Below are positions 27,801-39,840 of a DNA stretch of 64,000 nt, in pieces. Numbering within the stretch: position 1 is the first letter of the stretch; every line of letters starts with the position of its first letter. A model generated the notes under the pieces. That model did not search any database. It was not told the origin of the DNA and was given only the letters and a program-made list of their open reading frames with translations. Source of the stretch: Pecten maximus. Lineage: Eukaryota. The DNA lies in contig NC_047015.1 in NCBI RefSeq assembly GCF_902652985.1, forward strand, positions 50,778,001 to 50,842,000, written 5' to 3'. A program made the position numbers and the translations under genes.

Positions 27801-30800
27801 GCATTTAAGGAGTAAAAAATTGATTCTTTAACATTTTTCATAATATGCTTCAACGATTTTTGTTACATTGTTGTGGTATATTGTATCTGTGAGACCTTGT
27901 CTTACTTCTGTATCGACTATTATTTTTATTTCCTTCAGAAATGAAATATTTGTTTGTATGCCTACCTGCTTAGCATGAAACCAATATTTCTGAATAAATG
28001 TGATTCAATAATCAATATGTAATCAGTATTAATGTTTTAAAATTTTGCCTTTATAGCGAACGACTCCAATGTGCAGTTCCTCGACCAGGACGACGAAGAC
28101 GACCCGGATACCGAGTTGTACATGACACAGCCATTCGCCTGTGGCACGGCATTTGCAGTCAGTGTACTCGATTCTCTAATGAGTACGGTAAGATCAGAAA
28201 TGTCTAGTCGAATAATATTCTATCTTCTTTTGCATTATTTTCTTTAATTGAATTTCAAGTGCTTAAATATGATATTCTGGTCTAATAAATGCCTAGTTGC
28301 ACTGAATTTAATAGGTTGTTGGTATTTTTTTGTTGTTGTTATTTTTGAGAGTTTAATATGTAAGTAAATATTGTTGAAGTTAATAAATAAAGCGTTAATC
28401 ACTAAGTTCTCTTAAAAGTCTTATATAAACTAGCATCCATGCTGAAAAAAATGTGAAATGGTTGTTTCTTTCTAGGCTGAGGCAATCTCGGGAAATTATT
28501 TTTGAAATCATTTGTTCGATGTATTTCATATTTACTGAGACACCAAACATCCAAACCATGACGTTGTTTGATCTTTTAAAGTAATGTTTCTTGTTATTTC
28601 ATTACAGAGTTACTTCAATGACAATGCCTTGACGCTGATCCGGACGCTTATCACAGGTGGCGCCACGCCCGAGCTGGAACAGATCCTTGCGGAAGGAGCA
28701 GGAATGAGGGGAGGCTACTGTACTCCAAATGTTCTGTCTAATCGCGATCGATGCCGGGTCGCCCAGGTTTCCCTGTTCGATGGACCCCTAGCTGCATATG
28801 GAGTGAGTATTATCCACACTTAAAATTGAAACTGTACTAGATTTTGGTATACATGTATAATCAAGATTTGTTGGAAGATTTCGATTGAAGAACTCGTGAT
28901 TAATCTTCCCGAAAATGCTTCCAGAAATCGTCCAAATAAGACAAATCGTATACCAATGTATTTATATCGGACAATGTTGAGACTGTTGCAGAAATTGTTT
29001 CTTAATTAAAGGGAGAAAACTGTTATTTCTAGATATTCCGGTACACTTTACCATTTGACGATCTAGTCTGTGATATATGCTGGGAATGTCAAGGCTTAAA
29101 ATGATTGCTGTCGTTTGATGATTTTTTGAAAAAAATGTTTCCAGTGCCATTGAAAAAGTCAAGTCATGTTTAAATATGCTATTCTGCATGTATATTCATA
29201 TTGACAAGTAACATTTAACCAAACAATGGACTCTAGTCCACAGTAAATCTACACCCTTATCAAATGCAAGTTAGAAAACAATTATTTATAATTTAGAACT
29301 GAAAACACTTGTTTGCTATAATTGTTCTTTAATTCGGTTCATTAATGATCTTATGTTTAATTTTGTTATGTTATGTTTTCTTTCTTTCTCAGGATGAAGG
29401 TCACTATGGCGACCTGTTCGTGAATGCGTTACGTAATCATGGAATATTATGTATAGGTCTGTATCGCTTTCGTGATACCAGTGATAGTCAATCTAGCCCT
29501 TCATCAAAGCGCTACGTGATCACCAACCCTGCGGAAGACTTCGCCCTTCTCCCAACAGATCAGGTAAGGACGGACAAGGCCAATGAAAAAGAATCTGGTA
29601 TATTTATCTTTAGCATTATCAAAAATAATTTTCATAACATTTTTATTAACTGTCACTTTTTTCTTCTTCATACATCGTCGTATTTGTCATCGTGTGTTTT
29701 TTCTAAACATTTCATCTTTTGCACATATTGGAGCTCATGCAGATCTTTCCATATATAACTGTATTTTTCTTAGTGGCATTTTCTCAACAAACAAAAAAAG
29801 ATAAAGAAAAAAAACCAGTATTGGTATTCTTTCTCCATGACCTCATCCAATTTTCTTTGTTAACCTGTGTATATGAAATTATATACGTTTTTGTTTTCGG
29901 TTTTTATTGTTTAATTATTATTGTTCAATGGAAAACAAATTATCATTAAATCTTGTCAAAAAGAAAACCAATGTTTATACGAAAAACGAATAAAAAAGTA
30001 TGTTTTAAAATGTAACTGTCTGTAAAAATAGCTATATTAGTAAAACCTGCCGTCGTTGTTAATATATTCATGTGATTACAGGTCTTTGTATATATCAAGG
30101 TGTTTTTCGAAAACCACGCCCAAATTCATATTTTTATACACTTATATTTGTTATAATATTTTATATATAGGTTATGATGAATGAATACCCTTTTTATTTA
30201 TGCTTAGCAGTTTATATCGTATGTTATCTATACACATCACTTATATTGATTCCATCCACGATGATTCACGATGAGGCTAAAAATTTTATGTTTTGGAGCT
30301 TCTAAAAACATTTTTCGCGCCAAAATATCAAAGATATGAGTATATATGATTATACAATTTGCCAGTTGTTATTTAAAAGTTATATAATTATTTGATTGTA
30401 CAACAAAATTTGCTTAAGAGCTTAAATAAGTTATACAATGTTTACAATGTACATGATCACTGTAAGCATTTTTATCAGGGAGTTATGATATTCGCTAACG
30501 TTATTGAAACGCCAAATAGGACAACATTGATAGATGATTTATATCTTTTTATTTGTAAATCTGGATTGTTTAATGTAGTTTGTTGACTTTTTGTTCATAA
30601 AGGGCAACAACTCTGTCAATCGCTTTGCTTTTATGAAATGTTTTAGCAATAGTATCCACCCTATACTCTTCACTTTCTCCCATCCTTGTACATCCCAAAT
30701 ATATGACTACTTTATCTGACTTAAAAAAAATCTACAAACATTTCCGGTCAAAAAATGCAGTTCAATATCAAACCACGGCGTAGAAATACATCTTTTTAAC

Positions 30801-33800
30801 ATAAACAAAGAAGAACATCGATAACAGTGTCCTGATAATGATCTTCGGGTGCAATAGATTATTTGCCCACTTTGAATATAGAATCCTAAACTCTTGTCTG
30901 GTGGCAAAAGCGTAAGGTATAAGTTGGTATAACTTGTGTCTGATTCTTTGTCCTAAGTTTGACAATAAATATGTCAAATCAAAAGTTTTGGTATTGAATA
31001 AAAATAAACAATAGACTAGTCTTCTTTTCAATTGACCATAATAACACTTTGTTCTTTAAAAAATGGAATAATGTGCGAGATAATGAAATTGTGATATAAT
31101 CCTCAAAATTTGTTCCTTTATATAGTGTCCATTTTCAAATTAAATGATTTTATTGGTGGTTTCATTTAATAAATCAGCTGTATATTCACTGAATGCCTGA
31201 CTCTTATTTTCGAGTATGTGAATTTAACATATGTATCAAATGAGAAATATTCTACCTAAAATAACTGTAAACTTAAAGTAGCTCTTTGTGGTAACGAAGA
31301 GAAATGTCTTAATTTTTTTTTTAGTTTTAAACAAAAAGATTTCATGTTTAAATGTTAGTGTAACAAACAAATATTAAATATATATGTCAATAACCAAACA
31401 TATTAACCTAAGATATGATGATTATTCAATTGATATAATCAGAGTTACAAATGTCTGTCAACAAATACACATCATTTCATGGCGTGTTCAAAGAAATTCT
31501 TCGAAAAGCGAATAATCGGAGACAAATTTAACGCATGAACAAAGATAGCGTGAAGTAGTGCATGCATTTCGAAGCCATAGTGCATGGGTTTACCCGTTTC
31601 GATTTGGCAAACTAAACTTTCGGCCTGCAATAAACAAAAAACTAAACTAAAAATGCGACTACTTCGAGAAATGCTGATTTTTAACACATTATGTTTCATA
31701 AATAACATACCAACTTATCATTAGGTGTTATAATTTGTTTTAGTGTCATGGATGGATATTTACAATGTTTAATTAATTTGATTTGTTTACACATATAATC
31801 ACATTTAACAAGGACAAACATCGACTTTTTAACTCTTAAATGTGCATGCATTGTTAAATAGATGATTGATTGTAAATTTTATGTTCATACTGTCTTATTT
31901 TGCCTCATTTCTCAAGAAAGTATGTTTTTATAACTAAATTTCTAGAGTTTACGATCATTTCTAAGCAAAGGCATGCTACCAAAAACGCAGAGCAATTAAC
32001 TCTGCACACGAATAGGAAGGGCGCCTGTTGATATATATACGATGTCGATTTTGACAAACCAATGCGTACAATTAAATAAAATACTGAATTTGTTTTTAAA
32101 TGTTGATAAAAATGAAGAGATCGTAAGTTTTTAAGAAATTGTCTCTTTTCTATTTTTCTATTTCGACAAAGAAAAGACAAGTTTAAATCAAGAAAAAATT
32201 ACTTTAATACGTACATTGTATATCCATCTGATGTTGTCACTTTTCCACCCCTAGTTGACCCCTAAATTAGACTATAAAAGATATGTACATTGACAGATAT
32301 CAAATTCTCTTAACATCTTAATTATGCCTGAAAATCTCGAACCAATCTTATTAGGTACATTCACTATGCATATATATCTTCTTCTTAAATGTTTATTTAC
32401 ATATATTTATAAATATGTTGTGTCACCTTCATGTCAGAGAGGCTATTTGGTGTTTGCATTGGTGTAGGACGTGACCTTTGACCTATGTTGACATGCATAT
32501 ATCTATATATTAAGCTTTAGGAAAGGAGCAGAGTTAAGATTATTGAGACTTCTTTAAGAACATTTTTTATGGGGTGGGGGGGGGGGGGGGGGGGGGGGAT
32601 AAGAATAATAAGAATTTTTTGAAAACAACTTATGATTAAAGAAAGATTTTTTGCCCTAATTCCATTAATAATTCGTAAAGATGGAAGCTTTAAAAGGTTA
32701 GCATCTGTCACACTAGTTCAACTGGTCACTCTTCCATGAATGTATTACCCAATGTCTTGTCTATCTAACTTTACGATTTGTTATATTTTTCATTCTACTG
32801 TTTAGGTTTTTTGTCTTGTGCCATGCACTCTCTCACAAAGTTCCAATTCCTCATCAACTCGGAATGAGAAAAGTAAGCCGATATGTATAAATACGTATTA
32901 TATAGAGTATACATTGCTTTGGCTGTTGTCCTTGCTTTTATCATTGTCGTATTATCATTAATTGGCTTTCTAGCATGTGATGGGCATGACGATATCTGCA
33001 TGTACAAGAAAAACTAACAGTATTAAACATTACAGAAATGCAGATCATCATTATCTACTAACAATTCAATAACAGAAAATATTCATATTATAGATTACCC
33101 AGAAGCTGCTGATTGGACGCAGCTTTCTGAAGATTCTTATTTTTTTCATTGATTGATTTATTTTATTTATATATCTATCTTTTGAATAGCTAACATTTTA
33201 GCTAAGTATTTTTTACAGAAAATGAAAAATGTTTGTGATACGATTTAAAATCTAATTGTAGAAATAAAATTGATACATCTTATACTGTAAAAATATGCTT
33301 TGAATTGCTGATAATGTCTTTATATGTGTCGTTGGTCGTGAAACCTGTTTGTGAATTTTCGTGTATCCGTTCCTTCAGTGTGAATGATCAATATTACAAG
33401 ATTGTCGACTACCATGCATAGAATAGCAAACACATACAAGTGATAGAATCGCTTTACTGTAGAATTTCGTTATACTGCCAGCAGTATTGAAATACAAGCA
33501 TCATTTGTCCAGTAGAATATCGTGATACTGCCTCCATTTGTCCAATATAACACATTGATACAGCCATCATTTATGCAGTACTAAATTAATCATACTGCCA
33601 ATTTTTTCTCAGTAAAACCCAGATACACAGCCATCACTTTCCAATAGAACACAATATGATTGCCACCTTTAGTTTAGTGAAACATAATAGTTAAGCATCC
33701 ACTAGCTTTTCAGTAAAGCATTACAACATTTTAAAGTACAGTGTAAATGATCATATAAGCATATACTTGGCGACACATTGAAGGCAATATATAAGGCACT

Positions 33801-35955
33801 TGTTAAAGAGGCTTGCCCGCAGAGAGATCAGAAAAATTGGCTAATAGAAAAAGATTTTTTACACATGAGAGATTGTTGGAATTGTTGAGTTTTTCATTTT
33901 ATTTTCCTTATAAAACGCTGAAAAGTGATATTAAAACCTCATTTTTAAATATCATTTATTTAATCGCAACCCGCAATAAGTCCCCGCTATAAAGTGGAGT
34001 CTAATTTGATTGACACATCAAAGAAACAAGCACGTGCACAGTGCCGCACAGTGATAACTTCAAAGGCAGCGGCGATTTACAAAGAAGATTTGCCGTTATA
34101 TTCCATACATTTCCCTCTCAGGTTGAGTTTTAAAACGTCTTTTCAATACATATTCTGTAATTGTTTTCAAGAAATAAAGTCGGAAAGCCTCTAATTTTGT
34201 CACATAGAAACATGTACTGAAGTTTATTTAGTGATCGGAGATGTGCCGTTTACCGGTCCGTCTGCGGGTAAGCCTCTTTAAGAATGATCTAGTAATTGAA
34301 TGATAGGCAGTGTTTCGAAGATTAACACTGTAATTAGCTAGTTTAGTTTTAGCGATTAATTGTATGCAAATAAGGTGTATATGTAAAAATAGAAAATGAC
34401 AGCTTTTACTGACATTTCTGTTGCACGGTAAGTACAGTATCTCATTAAGTAAGTCCATCTCGTCTAATGAGAATATTTCTCATCGAAAATGCTGACAACT
34501 TGTGACTATTAGACACCCAGCAAAGTCTTTGATTGTGAATTTAATCAAGGTCCGATACGTTGTGGACTTTGACCGACAGTTTAATTACAAAATGTGGCTA
34601 TGTTGTTGAAATGTCTCATGTCAAGTGCTCGCTATTGGTATTAGTTGATCTACGAGTTGATTTAACTGCAGGAAATACAGTGAGATTTTGTATTTAGAAA
34701 AAAAAGTGGCAATAAGTAAGATAAGTAAGATGTTTTTGAACCATCCATTGTTCATAGTGCCTAATAAATTACAATTGTTTTGTCTTAATATACAGGAACT
34801 GCAGGTTCTTATTTGTGTAGGTTGGTGAAATAGTTCGACTAGTTATATTCAGTAATGGTCACATCAAGGTCTCTGAATTCTTTTTGTTGTTGGTGTACCC
34901 TATTGAATGATTCCTGAACTGTTGGAGACGTTGACTGCCCTTTAACTGACCCATTATTGCTTCTTTTCGAAATAAGTCATGTTGCTTCTGAACAAATTGT
35001 TATCTGTTGTGCCAGCGTTGATTACCTGATGTAAGCTTCAAATGCTTCCAATGAAAGTGTCTTTCAAACTGAAATGGACTGTTTTTAAGCATAATGTAAA
35101 TATTGTTGACTGTGATGGCTTACCTACATTGTATAAACTGTTTACTTTCCCAGGGTCATGCAACTGGTATCCAATTGTGTTGCTAAAAAGGCAATAAATA
35201 TGTTAAAATCAAATCTCTGTTCATAACATGTATGCTAGTACACAAACATTGTTTTCTCTCTATTTCATTTTTCAAAGTCTGTTAAAATAGAAGCAGCTTA
35301 GATGGTATGCGATCATGGAAGGCTTATATATCTCTCTTAGCTTTGAATTATCGAGGAATGTCTATAGCTGTTCAGTGTTTTCGTTTCTTCATCCTGACCT
35401 TGTGGAATTTCACGTGAGCTATCCTGTCAATGCATGCTGTTGCCATAGTAACCATTGTGAGCAACACGTGTCCATGGCTGGTGTGATCTGTTGCATGCTG
35501 GGTAGTTGTGGTAGTAGTCACTGTAGGGATTACTATTAGCCCGCACGGGTCACATATATAGTCATTGAATATCGTTATGTAATATTGACGAATATATTAA
35601 GTGAACAAGTGAACGTAATCAAGCTCATATCATAACACTTACTGACAGCGCCTTTCCATTGTCTATTGTTGAGAAATTGTTTATATTGTTTTAAAAACAA
35701 TTTGATCACTTTTTTTTCAAATTTTGGTTTCCAAGATTGTCATGAAATATAACTGTATGTAAAATTATTTGAGAGGAAAAACAGGAATGAATTTTACAGT
35801 ATGTGAAATAAGATTTTTACTGATGCATTGGTCTGTATCTTATATTTCAGGCATTCTGCCTAATGCCTTTCAATCAATCAGTTCCCGGAAAAATACCAAG
35901 ACCGACATCAAACAAGAACCGTGTACATAACACAGAAGTGGAACAGATTCAATAA
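711..35955 (+). CDS. slo: Slo1/BK large-conductance Ca2+-activated K+ channel alpha subunit; 5'-partial multi-exon gene (S6 end, RCK1, linker, RCK2, C-terminus)
   Basis: At least 16 GT-AG exons in consistent phase, with one exception at 2952. They translate to hallmark Slo1 segments: [66 protein letters not shown] and RYVITNP. Confidence 0.98.
1311..1421 (+). CDS. slo: Slo1 exon: RCK1 start ([37 protein letters not shown])
   Basis: tttcag|A CAT...CAC AA|gtaagt; 111 nt, phase 2 to 2; carries the RCK1 Ca2+/Mg2+ site acidic residues. Confidence 0.97.
2952..3058 (+). CDS. slo: Slo1 exon ([35 protein letters not shown]); one nt too long for phase
   Basis: ttatag|GG GAC...AAG|gtaagt; 107 nt where 106 is needed (see finding). 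Confidence 0.93.
4157..4309 (+). CDS. slo: Slo1 exon ([51 protein letters not shown])
   Basis: ttgtag|GTT...AAA|gtaaat; 153 nt, phase 0 to 0. Confidence 0.97.
4352..4527. repeat. Intronic minisatellite, ~59 bp x3
   Basis: Repeats of ttccatacagcaaattactgtctgtgtatccatgtaaaccgttatgttttttgcttctt. Confidence 0.9.
5053..5208 (+). CDS. slo: Slo1 exon ([52 protein letters not shown])
   Basis: gtcag|GCG...ACA|gtgagt; 156 nt, phase 0 to 0. Confidence 0.97.
5965..6077 (+). CDS. slo: Slo1 exon ([37 protein letters not shown])
   Basis: caacag|TCA...CA|gtaagt; 113 nt, phase 0 to 2. Confidence 0.96.
6297..6455 (+). CDS. slo: Slo1 exon ([53 protein letters not shown])
   Basis: tcacag|G CTG...AG|gtatag; 159 nt, phase 2 to 2. 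Confidence 0.96.
6933..7009 (+). CDS. slo: Slo1 exon with CxxCH heme-binding motif ([25 protein letters not shown])
   Basis: ttgtag|G GCA...CCA T|gtaagt; 77 nt, phase 2 to 1. Confidence 0.96.
8719..8754 (+). CDS. slo: Alternative linker microexon, 36 nt ([12 protein letters not shown])
   Basis: T-rich tract + atcag|TG...G|gtacat; symmetric phase 1; resembles the Drosophila Slo linker segment LATFRKGVRAV that follows CKCKN. Confidence 0.85.
12245..12257 (+). CDS. slo: Candidate 13-nt phase-1-to-2 converter microexon ((F/V)FYLR)
   Basis: aacacag|TCTTTTACCTAAG|gtaagg; strong donor; joins in frame to the phase-2 exons at 18956 or 25757. Confidence 0.45.
12956..12985 (+). CDS. slo: Alternative linker microexon, 30 nt ([10 protein letters not shown])
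   Basis: ttttatttttctacag|TA AAG...GGA G|gtacta; symmetric phase 1, open, purine-rich. Confidence 0.7.
14214..14249 (+). CDS. slo: Alternative linker microexon, 36 nt ([12 protein letters not shown])
   Basis: atttccag|CG AGT...GAA G|gtatat; symmetric phase 1, open. Confidence 0.65.
14643..14678 (+). CDS. slo: Candidate linker microexon, 36 nt ([12 protein letters not shown])
   Basis: tttttctcag|CT GAG...ATG G|gtgggg; symmetric phase 1; weak donor. Confidence 0.3.
15644..15829. repeat. Intronic tandem repeat, ~73 bp x2.5
   Basis: cctaacctagtaagatattat...ataaccggatatctgccttta repeated with divergence. Confidence 0.8.
17307..17478 (+). CDS. slo: Gly-rich linker exon ([58 protein letters not shown]), phase 1 to 2
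   Basis: aaacag|CC GCT...GCT GG|gtaagt; 172 nt, open, GC-rich island; supplies the phase change needed between 7009 and 25757. Confidence 0.88.
17941..18018. repeat. Perfect 26-bp tandem repeat x3
   Basis: (taatttcctaaacaaagtaattgttt)3. Confidence 0.92.
18956..19066 (+). CDS. slo: Alternative linker exon, 111 nt ([36 protein letters not shown]), with an in-frame internal acceptor at 19013
   Basis: ttttcag|T GAT...GCT AT|gtaaaa; symmetric phase 2; second acceptor ctccctttctag|A GGA gives a 54-nt form; TGCATG 20 nt downstream. Confidence 0.65.
22322..22541. mobile_element. Old MITE, ~220 bp, with degenerate TACTGTA-type TIRs and TA ends
   Basis: The left end tactgtaaagtcggtaatattt matches the reverse complement of the right end (tactatatagttgttaattttc) at 16/22. 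Confidence 0.45.
25757..25919 (+). CDS. slo: Slo1 exon ([54 protein letters not shown])
   Basis: catcag|G CCT...ATG|gtatat; 163 nt, phase 2 to 0; conserved [10 protein letters not shown]. Confidence 0.94.
26250..26474 (+). CDS. slo: Slo1 exon, RCK2 ([43 protein letters not shown]...KLTVLP)
   Basis: ctgtag|GAC...CCT|gtaagt; 225 nt, phase 0 to 0. Confidence 0.97.
26662..26772 (+). repeat. Perfect 37-bp tandem triplication spanning an intron/exon boundary
   Basis: (tgtttgtatttgtgtttggtag GGGTCTCCTTTGAAC)3. Confidence 0.95.
26758..26959 (+). CDS. slo: Slo1 exon ([26 protein letters not shown]...[23 protein letters not shown])
   Basis: Third copy of a triplicated acceptor, ggtag|GGG TCT...GCA G|gtaagt; 202 nt, phase 0 to 1. 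Confidence 0.95.
27493..27591 (+). CDS. slo: Slo1 exon ([33 protein letters not shown]) with an RRGS PKA consensus
   Basis: ttaccag|GC...CTA G|gtcagt; 99 nt, phase 1 to 1. Confidence 0.95.
   Translation, partial: ASFLLASRQWVVRLRWLDEDPYVVPTYRLSLN
28057..28187 (+). CDS. slo: Slo1 Ca2+-bowl exon ([44 protein letters not shown])
   Basis: ttatag|CG AAC...ACG|gtaaga; 131 nt, phase 1 to 0. Confidence 0.98.
28608..28802 (+). CDS. slo: Slo1 exon ([37 protein letters not shown]...[10 protein letters not shown])
   Basis: ttacag|AGT...GGA|gtgagt; 195 nt, phase 0 to 0. Confidence 0.97.
29393..29563 (+). CDS. slo: Slo1 exon ([28 protein letters not shown]...[19 protein letters not shown])
   Basis: ttctcag|GAT...CAG|gtaagg; 171 nt, phase 0 to 0. 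Confidence 0.97.
32806..32872 (+). CDS. slo: Alternative penultimate exon ([22 protein letters not shown]), phase 0 to 1
   Basis: ctgtttag|GTT TTT TGT CTT...AAA A|gtaagc; supplies the conserved (V/I)FCL strand after TDQ; read-through would stop at 32961. Confidence 0.75.
33450..33690. repeat. Degenerate ~33-bp tandem repeat
   Basis: Recurrent gatactgccatcatttgtccagtagaa-like units. Confidence 0.55.
35851..35955 (+). CDS. slo: Terminal coding exon ([34 protein letters not shown])
   Basis: atttcag|GCA TTC TGC CTA ATG; matches Slo1 xFCLMxF; stop TAA at 35953-35955. Confidence 0.88.
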   Translation, partial: AFCLMPFNQSVPGKIPRPTSNKNRVHNTEVEQIQ

Positions 35956-38900
35956 TCCACTCGCATCATTCGGAACTGCTTGGGAGTCGTAAAGTGCCGA
36001 GTATTTCATATGAACAGCGATCAAAAGGAACGTTTGCTTCTCATCCTCAGTTTTATTGAAGCCGGAAGATAAATCTGAAAGGCGATCGTGATATATACAT
36101 TCATGAAAAAAGACGGAAGTATCTTTGCGCATGCGTCCATAATGAATAAAGGTTGAAGAGAAATGTTTATGTAGAGTAAACGCAAATCTTGGGTCAGTAC
36201 AAGAAAATAAAGGTGTAATGTTGACTGTTTGAGTGTACCAAAGAGAAGATTATTCAACCCATCGAATTGTTCAATTTATTGTAATACTCAGTCGCAATGC
36301 TTCAGTTTCAAGCGTTTTGGTGATAATGATTAATTTACGCTTAAAAATTCTTTATCATGACGTGCAATAAGTAATCATTCGTTCTTAGAAGTGGAACCAT
36401 GCTTTCAAGAATTTTTGCATTTTGTCGTTTTGTTAAAGTTGTGTGTATAAAATGTGTTGTTAGAAAAGTGTTTGTCTCGGAGAAAAATTCCTCGCACGTC
36501 TCACCGAATCTGATTTTTACTTTCCGAAGCACACAACATATATATTTCATATTTTCTTAAATATAAAACAATAGTGTCAAATAGGCGGAATGGTGATACT
36601 AATTTTTAGTATGATAAACATATGATAATATTTTACTAGCATTGCTTTACTTTAGATGTACTCTTTTATATATGAATAAAAAATGAATCAGTTTTAGGCA
36701 GTATTTCTATTGATGTAATACATGTATACTTAAAAATGACATTTTGCAACAAAGTTTCAAAATATTTGATAATTTGTAAACTGATAAACAATGACATTGT
36801 ATACCAGTCCAATACCTTATGACCACCCTACAATGATATTTTAAATTAAAACGGATCAGAGAGTGAAATATATGTATATATATATCGCACTTGTTATGCG
36901 GGTATTTTGAATTTTTCTTTTGCTCGAATAAAAAAAGTATTGAAATTGACGTTAAATATCTCTGTGATACCAATTAGTGCTAGACATACTAACTTATATT
37001 TTAGATGAAGTTTATTTTCTCTGTAAAAAAACTTGATAAATAGTAAGTGTTGTTTTTGGTAATTCTGAATTCATCATATACATGCTCATGTATACGATAA
37101 ATTGTTTCTGCAGATTCAATTTTTGCGACTTCTTTACATTTTTTTTTTTTTTTTTGTAACATCGAGAAAGAAAACCGCACATATGATTGACTTGAATTGC
37201 AGTTAAAATATCGTTTCTTTTTATAATGTTTTCTGCTCATTAGTTCGCTTGTTTTTGAAAAACAAATTTCCTGCTTCTTCATAATGTATTTGTTATTATT
37301 TACGGAACACTTGACAACATAAGTAATAGTAATAAAGGCACCATTTATATATTGTGTAGATTTTGATCATTTACCCTGTGAAGAGAAATGAAAGATATGT
37401 TTGATGACGTAAAACCATTGATGGCGGCAGTATTAATATGACGATGTTCTTTATAACGTTATTTCTAGGTTTAACTATTATGCACACACAACACACAGTA
37501 CGTGCTATGTCTGAATGTATCGCTCTTCATTATGTCAAAGTTGTGATCGCCATTTTTTTTTTCTCCAAATTATTCATTTCATGGTTGTTTGGTCATGTGT
37601 TCATACCATCCAATGGGAACTCAGAGGATGAATTCTGATTGTGGATTTGCTTTCCACAAAAAGGTCAGAGGTCATATGCAAATGTATTATCGTGTATTTA
37701 ATGGCGCAGTCGTATGTCTTGTATAATAAAACGTAAATTGTTTCTGAGATATTATTATAGGAATATATTCATATTGAATAATATTTCTGTTTCAAAATGG
37801 CAATACACAAATTATGTATTTTACTGAATGTTCGTTTGTTGTAAGAAGCTTTGGCATAAAACCAATTTAGAAACATTTTTCAGAATAAAATATGTTCATT
37901 TCTTTTAGATTTTCGATGAAAGATTGTATTGATAGGGTCTGTAATTTTTTTTGGAGAATTAATCCTGTAAAGTACCATACATATAATTATTTTGGGGAAG
38001 TTATTCTGCAATGTTCTATACGTGTTACAATTATTTTTCATACGAGTTTGGTGATTAATGAATTATGTATATTGTACCAATATTACTGACATATGTGTTG
38101 TTGGTATTGTAAATATCCTCGACTCTGTTGTGCAAAACTCCGCTGGCTATTTGGTCTCAAGACTATCATGTCATTCCTGAAATGTTGATAAACTTGTTTC
38201 TACATTTTCATTGAGAATTTGGTGTATTGTTCCATTACCTAAGGAACTATCCCATGGACAGAGTCGTAATTTAATCTAGTATCAACAAATCTTTAGCATT
38301 ATTCTTTTTTATACAGCGAACAAAATATTAATCTTCATTGATTTATCAAACCTGTGACGGGTTTTAATAAAATTTTGCTTTTACTTATCTGTATTAAATA
38401 TGTGTAATCCTTTTATCCTTATATAAATTTAATTAATTTTTCGCATGCCTAGCTGTACCAATGGGTACCATCCGGCAAGGACGTAATTCTGTGAGAGACC
38501 GGCGTCTCTCGCGTAGGAGACAGTACTGTACCTAAGCAGTTGAAGTTCTGTACAACACGGATCGTAACCTTGAATAATTGTACTGTGATCATATCTGTGA
38601 TATTTTTGCCCCATGGTTTACATTTATTTTTCTAAACTAAAATGTTTTATTATGATATATCTAAGGTCATGATATATAAATATTGTACAAAGTTGTTGAC
38701 GTTCTGTTTTTTAAAATGATAAGTATTTATAAATCAATCTAAATATTTCCCCGTTTATCACAAATGAGCATGTCACTGACGAATCAATGATCAGGCGCTC
38801 GGTCTGTTCTTTTATTCTGTATATTACATGTATATGCTGAAACTAATATTGTCTTCGTGTAATTATTGACATTCCCATCCTAAGTAGAGAGCTAGGACTA

Positions 38901-39840
38901 TGTCTGAAAATCTGTAATTACCCCTAATCAATTTCTTTTTTTTTTCTTTCTTTTTAAAAAAAATGTATTATGACGTCACCAAACGTCAGCAACTATTTAT
39001 GTATATGACAGATATAAATTATAGAGGTATTAGTGTTTTGGACACAAAATCCGTAATGTTTTGATTTCATTAAATGTTACAATACCTATTTCTGGGAATA
39101 CTCGGAAAGCGAGGCTATTTGTGCTCTTGCCTATATAGCAAAAGCCAAGCTTCAGTTTGAACATTTCCTTGTGCTATTTTTCAAAGTATATCATTTTATT
39201 CTTTAACATTACCTGTTGAATTACAAACATACTAGCTTCATTTCTTATTTTTCTGTGCATTTTTTTTTATTTCATAAATGCAGCCTAAATGATAAAAAAT
39301 AGTGTTTTGTAATATGTTTGATATTAACAAAAGAGCTTATAGAAGAAAATTATTTGCAAATACTCAAATTTTGTCTTATAAATATCATTTGCAAACGTTT
39401 GACATAAAATACTGGTGTTCATGAGTGAAAATTTTATCGATTCATCTAGTCAATTCCATGTATAACAAAATACATATGTAATTATAAATCACAGTAAGCA
39501 GAAACTCAAATTTGACATTGAGCGTCTCATATTCTTATAAAGGGAGATAACTCTGTCATTTTGAGCACATTTTTTCTGGTAGATAATCGATTTGATTCTT
39601 ATTTTCCATTTTTCTTTGTGATTGTCGTTAATATATTATTTCTACGTCTATTTCATGGGTAATGTTGCAAGCTGAACTTGATACTTACACCATAGTGTCT
39701 AGACGTTGCCGCTCATTCGATGGATTTTTTTTTCTCAATGGGGATAGAAGTTATATAAACACCTACATGTACTAATGTATTTTTAATATTTGCAATTCAC
39801 GAGCTATGTGTAACCGTTCGTATTTCTAAAATAAAATGAT
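35956..39840 (+). other. Probable long AU-rich 3' UTR of slo; 3' end uncertain
   Basis: Repeat-poor AT-rich tract after the stop, with several AATAAA hexamers (e.g. ~36675, ~39830) before the transposon-rich zone begins. Confidence 0.35.

Noticed and set aside
32577-32598. Poly-G run (also ~53086-53106)
   Set aside because: Simple homopolymers of uncertain length; the poly-Pro ORF is an artefact.
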